A stretch of 32,000 nt of DNA from contig JACPWU010000012.1 in the NCBI GenBank assembly GCA_016196885.1, positions 19,041 through 51,040 of the forward strand. The letters are read 5' to 3'. The notes below the pieces were generated by a model that ran no database searches, was not told the origin of the DNA, and saw nothing but the letters and a program-made list of their open reading frames with translations. The DNA comes from Chlamydiota bacterium (GTDB lineage Bacteria; Auribacterota; JACPWU01). Position 1 is the stretch's first letter. Each line of letters opens with the position of its first letter. Positions 9,071 through 17,209 of the stretch are shown piece after piece. A program made the position numbers and the translations under genes.

Positions 9071-9762
9071 GTGTTTCTGCGATCATCGTTGCGGCCGGTC
9101 GAGGGGAAAGATTAAAGGGAGGAAATGTTCCCAAGGCTTTCTTTCCATTGTCTGGTAAACCCCTTTTATTTTATTCACTCGATCTCTTTTGTCATCATCC
9201 TGAAGTGACTCAAGTGATTGTGGCTTTACGGCCTGAGATGATGGGAGAAGCCTGGAAAAAACAATTTGGAAAGGAAATATTCCCAAAAAATCCAGAATTG
9301 GTTTTGGGCGCACAGAGGCGTGCAGATTCCGTTTGGGCAGCCTTTCAGAAAATTTCGCGCGGGCAAGAAATTGTTTTGATTCATGATGCCGCAAGGCCTT
9401 TTTTGGAGCTGTCGCTTGTCTCTTCGGTTATTCAAGCGGCCCGCCAGTGGGGAGCTGCAATTCCAGGGGTTCGATTAAAGCCTACTGTGAAAGAGGTAGG
9501 TGAAGAAAACTATATTCTCAAAACTCACGACCGTTCGAAATTGTGGGAGGCCCAGACGCCTCAGGGGTTTAAGGTGGAATTGTTAAGGAAGGCATTTGAG
9601 AAGGCAGGTCCCCGTCGTCAGGAGGCGACGGATGAGGCTTTTTTGATGGAACAAATGGGAATTCCCGTTAAGATGATCGAAGGCAATGAAAAAAATATTA
9701 AAATCACAACCCCCGCAGATTTGAAATGGGCAGAGTTTTTAATGAAGGAAGAATGTGGGTAG
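9067..9762 (+). CDS. ispD: 2-C-methyl-D-erythritol 4-phosphate cytidylyltransferase
   Basis: The N-terminal motif IIVAAGRGERL, length 231 aa, an ATGA overlap with radA, and ispF following directly. Confidence 0.9.
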   Translation: MSVSAIIVAAGRGERLKGGNVPKAFFPLSGKPLLFYSLDLFCHHPEVTQVIVALRPEMMGEAWKKQFGKEIFPKNPELVLGAQRRADSVWAAFQKISRGQEIVLIHDAARPFLELSLVSSVIQAARQWGAAIPGVRLKPTVKEVGEENYILKTHDRSKLWEAQTPQGFKVELLRKAFEKAGPRRQEATDEAFLMEQMGIPVKMIEGNEKNIKITTPADLKWAEFLMKEECG

Positions 9763-10288
9763 ACTCTATATGAAAAAAGACTCACCCCTCACCTCTCACC
9801 CCTCACCCCGAATCGGTTTCGGCCTCGACATTCATCCCTTCAAAAAAGGTCGCGCACTGGTTTTAGGGGGTGTCAAAATTCCTCATTCCAAGGGATTGGA
9901 CGGTCATTCGGATGCCGATGCCCTTATTCATGCGATTATGGACGGCCTTTTGGGGGCCGCGGCGTTGCGGGATATCGGCATGCATTTTCCTCCCCATGAA
10001 AAATATAAAAATATTTCTAGCCTTTTGTTGCTAAGAAAAGTGAAGGCCTTATTGAAGAAAAATCATTTTCAGATTGAAAACATAGACTCCACTTTGGTGA
10101 TTGAAGCACCGAAGATTGCGCCCTTTATTGAAAAAATGAGAGGGAACATTTCGAAGAATTTGGAGATTTCACTCCTTCGCGTCAATGTGAAGGCGACACG
10201 GTCAGAAGGTCTTGGATTTGTAGGGCGTGGAGAAGGGGTCGCGGCTTATGCCGTTTGCCTTTTAAAAAGTTTAACATCTAACATCTAA
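9755..10288 (+). CDS. ispF: 2-C-methyl-D-erythritol 2,4-cyclodiphosphate synthase
   Basis: RIGFGLDIHPF and GHSDADALIHAIMDGLLGA motifs. The start is uncertain (GTG 9755 or ATG 9770). Either gives an N-terminal extension of about 13-18 aa encoded by a CTCACCC-type repeat. Confidence 0.88.
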   Translation: MGRLYMKKDSPLTSHPSPRIGFGLDIHPFKKGRALVLGGVKIPHSKGLDGHSDADALIHAIMDGLLGAAALRDIGMHFPPHEKYKNISSLLLLRKVKALLKKNHFQIENIDSTLVIEAPKIAPFIEKMRGNISKNLEISLLRVNVKATRSEGLGFVGRGEGVAAYAVCLLKSLTSNI

Positions 10289-10295
10289 CAACCGG

Positions 10296-10529
10296 TTACG
10301 CCGCTTTCTTGATAATTTTGATCTCTGAACTCTTCAACAATTCTTCCAGTTCCTTTAGAATAGGATCAATCAACTTCGTGTCTCGAACTTCAATCCTTGT
10401 CAGGTTCAAGTTCTCATCGTAGTGATAAAAAAGATCCTTCTGTATCTCGACAGAGAAAATGGCCACCTTGTCATAAAGTTCAATCACCAGGCTTCGTACA
10501 TCCTTTTCTTCGTATAGACGGATAATCAT
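10296..10529 (-). CDS. Small DUF2283-like protein (YuzE-like fold inferred)
   Basis: The segment YHYDENLNLTRIEVRDTK resembles the DUF2283 signature (xDYDxxGxxxGIEILDAS). A GAGGA Shine-Dalgarno motif lies 6 nt before the second ATG (10529), and a TGnTATACT extended -10 lies upstream. Confidence 0.5.
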   Translation of the reverse strand: MIIRLYEEKDVRSLVIELYDKVAIFSVEIQKDLFYHYDENLNLTRIEVRDTKLIDPILKELEELLKSSEIKIIKKAA

Positions 10530-10827
10530 ATGCATTCCTCATTTCCCAGTATAACATACTTCTAAGGAATGGCATCGCTGCCACGACCTGCCTTTCTCCT
10601 TAAGTGTGCTTCCCAACAGGCTTAGGAAAGAAAGGTTTTTCCCTTAAAAGCTTTCACATAATATAGACACCGATACTGCCAAAATGGTTAAAAAGAAGGT
10701 GAAGAAAGATGTTTCTATCTGGGGCAGAAGAGGAAAGGATAACTGTCGAGAGGCACATGTTTGAACATTATTGAAAAACAAACGAGATCATCATGTGCGA
10801 TGAAAGTTCTCCACATCATGCTTTTTT

Positions 10828-10924
10828 TGTAGTCGCCCGATTCATCGGGCAGCCCCATAAATGGGGCGACTACACAAGCTTGGACGAGAGAAAGAAATCC
10901 AACATCCATCATCCATGATCCATG
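10828..10924. repeat. Composite repeat: compact REP-like double hairpin (10828-10874), conserved 26-nt flank (10875-10900) and a heptamer tract
   Basis: The core is tgtagtcg-cccgattcatcggg-cag-ccccataaatgggg-cgactaca. Next comes caagcttggacgagagaaagaaatcc, which is 24/26 identical to the reverse complement of 23456-23481. Three (atccatN)-type heptamers follow. Confidence 0.85.
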
Positions 10925-11127
10925 CGGGGTTTTTTCACAACCACATAAAGTGATCCAAGCGTCATTGTTTCAAATGGGATTCTTTTACCTTCAAGCTCGC
11001 GAATCATTTTTTGATAATCGGTGGAGTTCCCATAGCCTAGGATAAGACAACCACATTCGTCACATCGAGCGACATCTCTCTTTTTATGGATATGGGCTTT
11101 GGCTTCTTTTTCGCAACAGGGTTTCAT
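10909..11127 (-). CDS. Hypothetical Cys-rich small protein (72 aa)
   Basis: An ORF 49 nt downstream of the aldo/keto reductase on the same strand, with Cys residues arranged CC...CxxCxC. I recognise no family. The last codons and the stop lie in the heptamer repeat. Confidence 0.35.
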   Translation of the reverse strand: MKPCCEKEAKAHIHKKRDVARCDECGCLILGYGNSTDYQKMIRELEGKRIPFETMTLGSLYVVVKKPRMDHG

Positions 11128-11176
11128 AAAGGGCAGTGTTTGAGTGGATCGTGTTTAGTGCATGGTGCATTGTGGA

Positions 11177-12202
11177 TTAACTTTTTTGAAGAACTTCAGC
11201 TTTTTCAATGCCAAAATTATTCTGATAAAGCTTGGCGATTTTCTTTAATTCTTCAGACGTGAGGGCTGGCGTTTCACATGCCTTTGTAAATTCTTCCAAT
11301 TGCTCGAAGCTGTAAATATTGGGAAAAACAGAGCTGACAGAGGGTTCGCTCAAGATAAATTGAATGGCCATTTGGCCTAGGGTGCGTTTTCCCTTCCGAG
11401 TCAGGAATCCCAGTTGCTCCACTTTTCTCAGGCCATCTTCCAGCCATTGTTTCTTGCGTTCGTCATTGGAAATCCGATGAAATCGGTGATCATTCTCAGA
11501 AAAGGAAGTTTCCTTTGTGTAATGACCTTCCAGAAGGCCAGAGGAATGAGGGACGCGCACCAAGACGCTGGTCTTTTTCTCGCGTGCAGTCGGAAAGACT
11601 CCCAAGCCTAGCATTTGTTCCAACAAATTATAAATGATTTGTACGCTGTTGACGCTTCTTTCTTTGATGGAATAAATGCTTTCTTCAATTTGACGTTCTG
11701 CGATCGCGGGACCGAGGGCCACCCCAAAGGATTTGATTTTCCCTTCTTTCTTGAGGTCTTCGAGGGTTACAAAAAGATCATCTTTTCGAAGCGTTTCTAT
11801 TCTGGGATTATGGAGCTGATAAAGGTCAATGACATCTGTTTCGAGCCTCTTCAGGCTTTCTTCACAGGCGTACCGAATATAGGAAGGCTCCCATTTCTGA
11901 ACGAGTTCCTCATGGCCTCGGCGGTTAGGGGCCGGAGTGTAAATGTCGTAGCCAAATTTTGTAGCGATGACGAGCTTGTCTCTTTTCTCTTTTAGCGCTT
12001 TTGCAAAAATAGTCTCGCCATAACCATTTCCGTAAGTGTCCGCCGTATCAAAAAAGTTGATTCCCAAGTCGAAAGCTTTTTGCAGAAGTTTAATCCCGAA
12101 GGCTTCATCTTTGACCCCCCACCACGTGGTGCCAACAGTCCAAACGCCGAAGCCAACTTCTGAAACTTTAAGATTTGTATGTGCCAGGGATCCATATTTC
12201 AT
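11177..12202 (-). CDS. Aldo/keto reductase family oxidoreductase
   Basis: The N-terminus [22 protein letters not shown], plus DTADTYGNG and the GKIKSFGV block. I prefer ATG 12202 to the upstream TTG 12268 in the ORF track because the family N-terminus begins at MKY. Confidence 0.85.
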   Translation of the reverse strand: MKYGSLAHTNLKVSEVGFGVWTVGTTWWGVKDEAFGIKLLQKAFDLGINFFDTADTYGNGYGETIFAKALKEKRDKLVIATKFGYDIYTPAPNRRGHEELVQKWEPSYIRYACEESLKRLETDVIDLYQLHNPRIETLRKDDLFVTLEDLKKEGKIKSFGVALGPAIAERQIEESIYSIKERSVNSVQIIYNLLEQMLGLGVFPTAREKKTSVLVRVPHSSGLLEGHYTKETSFSENDHRFHRISNDERKKQWLEDGLRKVEQLGFLTRKGKRTLGQMAIQFILSEPSVSSVFPNIYSFEQLEEFTKACETPALTSEELKKIAKLYQNNFGIEKAEVLQKS

Positions 12203-12298
12203 GAGCTCGAGCTTAGAATTTCTTAAAAAGGGTGTCAAGGAATATGATCTGATGATTTCTCTAGGCAAAATGCCTTTAATTATTTATGATCTGGCCCT

Positions 12299-13732
12299 AT
12301 GGAAAATGCTGACATTCGTGTCCGGTTTGCCCCGAGTCCCACAGGGGAGCTGCATTTGGGGAATGCCCGCACGGCCATTTTTAATTGGCTCTTTGCGCGG
12401 AAAGTGGGCGGGAAATTTATTTTGCGTATTGAGGATACGGATCAAGAGAGGTCGAGACTTGAATATCAGAAAATGATTTTGGAGGATTTGAGGTGGTTGG
12501 GCCTGGATTGGGATGAAGGGCCTGAAAAAGAAGGCACGTTCGGCCCTTACCTTCAATCTGAAAGACTCGAGATTTACCGAGATTATGCAAGGCGCTTAGA
12601 AGAAAATGGACTGACCTATTTATGTTATTGTAGCTCGGAGGAACTGGAATCGCGTAGGATTGAGGCTCAGGCAAAGGGGGTGGCGCCTCGTTATGACAAT
12701 CGCTGCCGGCTCTTGACTGAAGAAGATAAGAGGCGTCATGTCCAAGCAGGCCACAAGGCCGTTATCCGTTTTAAGGTGGAGCCAGAGCGGGTCAAGATTC
12801 AGGATTGGGTCCGGGGCGAGGTGGAATTTGATACTGCCCTTTTTGGTGATTTTGTCATTTTCAAGTCCGATGGCTATCCCACTTTTCATTTTGCTGTGGC
12901 GGTGGATGATGGGCTGATGAAGGTGAGTCATGTGATTCGGGGGGAGGATCATTTGTCGAATACCCCGCGCCATGTGCTGCTTTTTAGGGCGATGGGATTT
13001 CAGATCCCTCAATTTGCACATCTTTCTATGATTTTGGGCTCGGACGGCGCACGTCTGAGCAAGCGTCATGGAGCGACATCCATAGGTTTCTATCGCGAGG
13101 AGGGCTTTTTGCCAGAGGCGCTTCTCAATTATTTGGCCTTGCTCGGTTGGTCCAGTGGAGATGATCAGGAAATTTTCTCACGAGAAGAATTGACTCAGAA
13201 ATTTTCCATTGAGAGGATCGTCGGGTCCAGTGCGATTTTTAATCCTGAAAAATTTCATTGGGTGGGAACACAACAGATACGCCGATTTAGGCTAGCGGCT
13301 CTTCGTCAGCGTTTAGAGGCAAGAGGGAATGATTTTTCTAAAATAGGTTCTGATCATCTTGAGAAAATGATCGGATTTGTCAGGGAAAGGGCAGCGACTT
13401 TAAAAGAGCTTGGTTCGGAGCTGGAGGTTTTTGTGAAAGAGCCAGGGCTAGAGAGTGAAGAGGCCAAAAAGGCTTTTTCTTCTTCTCGGGCAAGAGAGAT
13501 TTTAGAGGCCTTGAAACATGTTTTAGAAAATGAGTGGAAGGATGAGGCCTTCCCTGTAAAATCTCTTTCTTCTTGTCAGAAAAGTTTAGGTGTCAGTGGC
13601 GCTGAATTTTATCCACTCTTAAGAATAAGCCTTACGGGACATGCCCATGGTCCTGAACTCAAGGATTTATGCCCGTTGATGGGGAAGGGAGAAGTGTTGA
13701 GAAGGTTGGAAAAAGCTTTAAAAAAGTTTTGA
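12299..13732 (+). CDS. gltX: Glutamate--tRNA ligase
   Basis: RFAPSPTGELHLGNAR (HIGH region), the RLSKR KMSKS-like motif, and length 477 aa. Confidence 0.95.
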   Translation: MENADIRVRFAPSPTGELHLGNARTAIFNWLFARKVGGKFILRIEDTDQERSRLEYQKMILEDLRWLGLDWDEGPEKEGTFGPYLQSERLEIYRDYARRLEENGLTYLCYCSSEELESRRIEAQAKGVAPRYDNRCRLLTEEDKRRHVQAGHKAVIRFKVEPERVKIQDWVRGEVEFDTALFGDFVIFKSDGYPTFHFAVAVDDGLMKVSHVIRGEDHLSNTPRHVLLFRAMGFQIPQFAHLSMILGSDGARLSKRHGATSIGFYREEGFLPEALLNYLALLGWSSGDDQEIFSREELTQKFSIERIVGSSAIFNPEKFHWVGTQQIRRFRLAALRQRLEARGNDFSKIGSDHLEKMIGFVRERAATLKELGSELEVFVKEPGLESEEAKKAFSSSRAREILEALKHVLENEWKDEAFPVKSLSSCQKSLGVSGAEFYPLLRISLTGHAHGPELKDLCPLMGKGEVLRRLEKALKKF

Positions 13733-13734
13733 AT

Positions 13735-13807
13735 TTTTAGTTTTGAGTTTTTGGTTTTAAAACTCAAAACTCAAAACTAAGAACTCAAAACTCAAAACTG
13801 TCTTTTT
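13735..13807 (+). terminator. AT-rich hairpin of AACTCAAA octamers plus a T tract after gltX
   Basis: ttagttttgagttttt...aaaactcaaaactaa forms an inverted repeat centred near 13758. More aactcaaa units follow, then tcttttt directly before the cysS ATG. Confidence 0.45.
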
Positions 13808-15277
13808 ATGCCGCTTAAAATCTATAACACTTTAACACGCGAAAAAGAGTCCTTTGTTCCCTTAGAATCTGGGAAGGTGAAGATGTATGTCTGCGGGGTG
13901 ACGGTTTATGATTCTTGCCATGTTGGGCATGCGAGGGCGGCCGTGGTGTTTGATTGCGTTTATCGTTTTCTAAGATCCTTAGGTCTTGAGGTAAAATACG
14001 TACGTAATTTTACAGACATTGATGACAAAATCATTAAAAGGGTCCAGGAGTTAAAGGTCAATTATCGCACCCTGACAGAAAAATACATTCAGGAGTATCT
14101 TGATGAAATGCGGCTTTTGAATGTTTTGGATCCGACCCTTCAACCCAGGGCCACCGAGCACATTCAAGACATGATTCAGATGATTGAAGATTTAATCGAG
14201 AAAAAATATGCCTATGCGGTGGGGGGCGACGTTTATTTTGAGGTTTCGAAATTTTCAGGTTATGGCAAGCTTTCCCGCCGCTCTTTGGATGAGATGAAGG
14301 CCTCTCGGATCAGTCCCGACGAGCGCAAGCTTCACCCAGAGGATTTTGCATTGTGGAAAAGTGCGAAACCCAATGAGCCTTCCTGGCCCAGTCCTTGGGG
14401 AGAGGGGAGGCCGGGTTGGCACATTGAATGCTCTAGCATGGGTGTGAAACATTTGGGAGATTCCTTTGATATTCATGGGGGGGGAAGCGATTTGATTTTT
14501 CCGCATCATGAAAATGAAATAGCCCAGTCGGAATGTTCAACAGGAAAACCCTTTTCCCGTTATTGGATTCACAATGAAATGATCATGATTGATCACACCA
14601 AGATGAGTAAATCTCTGGGCAATGTGTTTGTCCTGCGTGAGCTCATGAAGGAATGCCCTGCACAGGTGATTCGGTTTTTTATTATTTCAAAGCATTATCG
14701 CAGCCCTATGGATTTTTCTCTTGAGGCCTTGAAAGAAGCCGCTCAGGCGTTTGAGAGAATTGAAATGGCCATGGCCCGAGCCCAAGAATATATGAATGGG
14801 TCCTGGGAATCTTTCAAAAATGGAACATTCTTAGAAGCGCTGGAGGGGAGTAACGAGTTGATTCAATTTAAAGAAGCCCTGGAGGATGATTTTAATACGC
14901 CAAAATCTCTGGGGATTCTTTTTCAGGTGTTGGGGGAGTTGAATCAAGCGTTGGACCGAAAAGCGAAGAGAGATCGAGTTTCTACCCTGTATAGGTCGGC
15001 AGGGTGGATGCTGGATCTTTTGGGATTAAATCCAGATTTAAAGAGGTTTAGAAAAATTAAGGAAGCGCTTCCGTTTGAAGAGGAAAAAGTACGCTCGCTT
15101 TTGAATGAGGCTTTGTGGAAGGATGAAGATGTGGAGTATTTGGTGAAGGCCCGTGAGCATGCCAGGCATCAGAAATTATGGGCCCTGGCGGACCAGATTC
15201 GCGAGGCTTTCAAGGAACGGGGCTTCGGGATTCAAGATGAAAAGGATGGGGCGAAGGTTTTGAGAAGGAATGGATAA
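13808..15277 (+). CDS. cysS: Cysteine--tRNA ligase
   Basis: CGVTVYDSCHVGHAR (HIGH region), KMSKSLGN, and length 489 aa. Confidence 0.95.
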   Translation: MPLKIYNTLTREKESFVPLESGKVKMYVCGVTVYDSCHVGHARAAVVFDCVYRFLRSLGLEVKYVRNFTDIDDKIIKRVQELKVNYRTLTEKYIQEYLDEMRLLNVLDPTLQPRATEHIQDMIQMIEDLIEKKYAYAVGGDVYFEVSKFSGYGKLSRRSLDEMKASRISPDERKLHPEDFALWKSAKPNEPSWPSPWGEGRPGWHIECSSMGVKHLGDSFDIHGGGSDLIFPHHENEIAQSECSTGKPFSRYWIHNEMIMIDHTKMSKSLGNVFVLRELMKECPAQVIRFFIISKHYRSPMDFSLEALKEAAQAFERIEMAMARAQEYMNGSWESFKNGTFLEALEGSNELIQFKEALEDDFNTPKSLGILFQVLGELNQALDRKAKRDRVSTLYRSAGWMLDLLGLNPDLKRFRKIKEALPFEEEKVRSLLNEALWKDEDVEYLVKAREHARHQKLWALADQIREAFKERGFGIQDEKDGAKVLRRNG

Positions 15278-15282
15278 GAACA

Positions 15283-15355
15283 GGGGTGAGTTGTGGGGGG
15301 TGAGTCGTGGGTAAAAAAATAATACCTTTAAAACTCACGACAGACGACTCACGAC
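15283..15355. repeat. Two-tier hairpin built from GTGAGTYGT units
   Basis: 15286-15294 pairs with 15344-15352 (9 bp, one G-U). 15300-15305 pairs with 15333-15338 (6 bp). A symmetric 5x5 internal loop separates them. A solo half-copy lies at 21513-21531. Confidence 0.6.
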
Positions 15356-15384
15356 AATTTTATCGTTTATTAGGGATATGAGCC

Positions 15385-16020
15385 ATGAAGCAGGGTTTAT
15401 TCATCACCATCGAAGGCTGTGAGGGAAGTGGCAAGACGACGTTGGCGAGGGCGCTTGCACTGGATTTGAAAAAGGCGGGGCATTCTGTTTTGCTGACGTT
15501 TGAGCCCGGCGATCACTCTCTGGGGAAGGTTTTAAGAAATGTCTTGCTTGCCTCACAGAACCATTCGATGAGCCCACTGACAGAGCTTTTTTTGTTTGAG
15601 GCGGATCGCGCCCAGCATGTTCAAGAGGTGATTTTGCCGGCCCTTGGGGCTGGAAAAATTGTTTTGTGCGGCAGATATTGTGATTCGACGACAGCCTATC
15701 AGGGGTATGGGCGGGGATTGCCTCTTCGGATGGTAGAGTCTTTGAACAGTTTTGCAACAGGAGGATGGGTTCCCGACTTAACTTTGCTTTTGGACATTGC
15801 TCCAGAGAAAGGGCTTCCTCGGGCTTATCAAGCCAGAGGCAAAAAAGATCGTTTGGAGTCGGAAGCCATTGCTTTTCACCGCCGGCTTCGGAAGGGTTTT
15901 TTAGCATTGGCGAAAAAATATTCTAAGAGAATGATTGTCATTCGTGCGGATCAGCCTTTTGAAAAAGTGAAGGAAGAAGCGCAAGATCATCTTCAAAAAG
16001 TAATTCTAAAAAGAAATTGA
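15385..16020 (+). CDS. tmk: Thymidylate kinase
   Basis: P-loop FITIEGCEGSGKTT, length 211 aa, and synteny with holB. Confidence 0.92.
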   Translation: MKQGLFITIEGCEGSGKTTLARALALDLKKAGHSVLLTFEPGDHSLGKVLRNVLLASQNHSMSPLTELFLFEADRAQHVQEVILPALGAGKIVLCGRYCDSTTAYQGYGRGLPLRMVESLNSFATGGWVPDLTLLLDIAPEKGLPRAYQARGKKDRLESEAIAFHRRLRKGFLALAKKYSKRMIVIRADQPFEKVKEEAQDHLQKVILKRN

Positions 16021-16027
16021 GTTTAGT

Positions 16028-17125
16028 GTGAACACAGTTCAATTTTCTCCTCTTTCCATTTTGAAGAATGCGGTCTTGAATGACCATGTTGCCCATGCCT
16101 ATCTTTTTCACGGTTCCGGTTTAAAGAACCTTCAAGAAGGTGCTGTTTGGCTTGCACAGGCCTTGAATTGCTCAAATTTTTTAAAGGAAGAAAATCCTTG
16201 TGGTCAATGCGAATCTTGCGGAAAAATTTTTCGCAAGGTGCATCCGGATGTCCGTTTTTACTCGCCTCAGGGGGCGCTTCGCATGATTCGGATGGATGAG
16301 ATCCGTGAGCTCCAATCTCAGGCTTCGTTTAAACCTTTTGAGGGAAAGGTGAAGGTGGAGGTGATAGAAGAGGCGGATTGTCTTCATCCGGCTGCGGCAA
16401 ATGCGCTTTTGAAAATTTTGGAAGAACCTCCTCAGAAAACTTTCCTGGTCCTTTTTTCCCAACATCCCGAAAAGTTGCTTCCGACCCTTCGATCGAGATG
16501 TCAGGATGTTTTTTTTAAAGGTGATCATGAACCCGCCGCACTAGAAATTTTTCAAAAATTTGAAAAAGATTCAAAATGGCGTGAGGTGTTGTGGGAAGGG
16601 TGCGAAGGAAATTCAGATGACGCCAGTGCTTGCGTTGAAAACGGTAGCTGGGTTTCTCAAAGAGAGATGTTGCAATTTTTTGAAGAGGCACTTTCTGGGT
16701 CGTGGATCCAGGCCTTTAAAGGAGCCGAGAAAATTCATGGAATCATCGAGGAAGATTTAAAACAGCTGGAAGGTGATTTTGAACAGGATGAGCAAAATGA
16801 AGATCCCTCTTACAGAAAAAAGATGGAAGAAGAAAAGAAGGCTTTTTTAAGCGGGGAACGCTTGAGAAAAATTCGCGAGTTTTTAAAACTGATTCTGATT
16901 TGGGGAAGAATTCGTTTGGTTGGAGAGAAGGCAAAGGACGAAAATTCTTTCCCGTACCCTTTAGGGTCTTTGCCTTTGTGGCTCCAAGTGACGGAGGAGG
17001 CTGCTCGTTTTTTGGAAAGAGGAACGCCTCTGAAATGGGTGTTGGAGGTTTTGATGATAAAATTAAAAACAATTTCGAAATACGAAGCACGAGGCACTAA
17101 ACAAATTCAAAATTCAAATATCTAA
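16028..17125 (+). CDS. holB: DNA polymerase III delta' subunit
   Basis: HAYLFHG, the zinc module CGQCESCGK, LKILEEPP and the SRC motif, with a GTG start. The last ~17 codons and the stop lie inside the hairpin repeat. Confidence 0.85.
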   Translation: MNTVQFSPLSILKNAVLNDHVAHAYLFHGSGLKNLQEGAVWLAQALNCSNFLKEENPCGQCESCGKIFRKVHPDVRFYSPQGALRMIRMDEIRELQSQASFKPFEGKVKVEVIEEADCLHPAAANALLKILEEPPQKTFLVLFSQHPEKLLPTLRSRCQDVFFKGDHEPAALEIFQKFEKDSKWREVLWEGCEGNSDDASACVENGSWVSQREMLQFFEEALSGSWIQAFKGAEKIHGIIEEDLKQLEGDFEQDEQNEDPSYRKKMEEEKKAFLSGERLRKIREFLKLILIWGRIRLVGEKAKDENSFPYPLGSLPLWLQVTEEAARFLERGTPLKWVLEVLMIKLKTISKYEARGTKQIQNSNI

Positions 17126-17195
17126 ATCATTAAAACGTTTAGAATTTTGAATTTGGGTTTTTGAATTTGTTTCGAATTTCGTGCTCCGAATTTTT
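17072..17195. repeat. Long imperfect-palindrome (hairpin) element, copy 2
   Basis: The core 17094-17181 is 86/88 identical to 7589-7676. It overlaps the holB 3' end and is followed by a T-run. Confidence 0.85.
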
Positions 17196-17209
17196 TTAAG
17201 GGGATTTTT

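Noticed and set aside
9067-10288. Frameshifted bifunctional ispDF fusion
   Set aside because: IspD is full length with its own stop. IspF is in another frame with its own possible starts. Separate, overlapping ispD and ispF genes are common, so no frameshift needs to be invoked.
10715-10912. 65-aa minus-strand ORF (MMDVGFLSLVQACVVAPFMGLPDESGDYKK...)
   Set aside because: It is a read-through of the heptamer tract, the conserved flank and the REP double hairpin. The same peptide-like string would arise from the 23421-23528 copy. It has no ribosome-binding site and no family resemblance.
12036-12556. Overlapping ORFs (146 aa plus strand, 90 aa minus strand) across the AKR-gltX divergent region
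   Set aside because: They overlap the well-supported N-termini of the aldo/keto reductase and GltX in wrong frames or on the wrong strand. The real spacer is only 96 nt.
13733-13807. CRISPR array or T-box leader in the repeat-rich spacers before aminoacyl-tRNA synthetase genes
   Set aside because: The repeat units are only 7-8 nt and contiguous, with no spacers, so this is not a CRISPR array. The spacers (75-96 nt) are too short for a T-box and lack a specifier loop and the T-box sequence.
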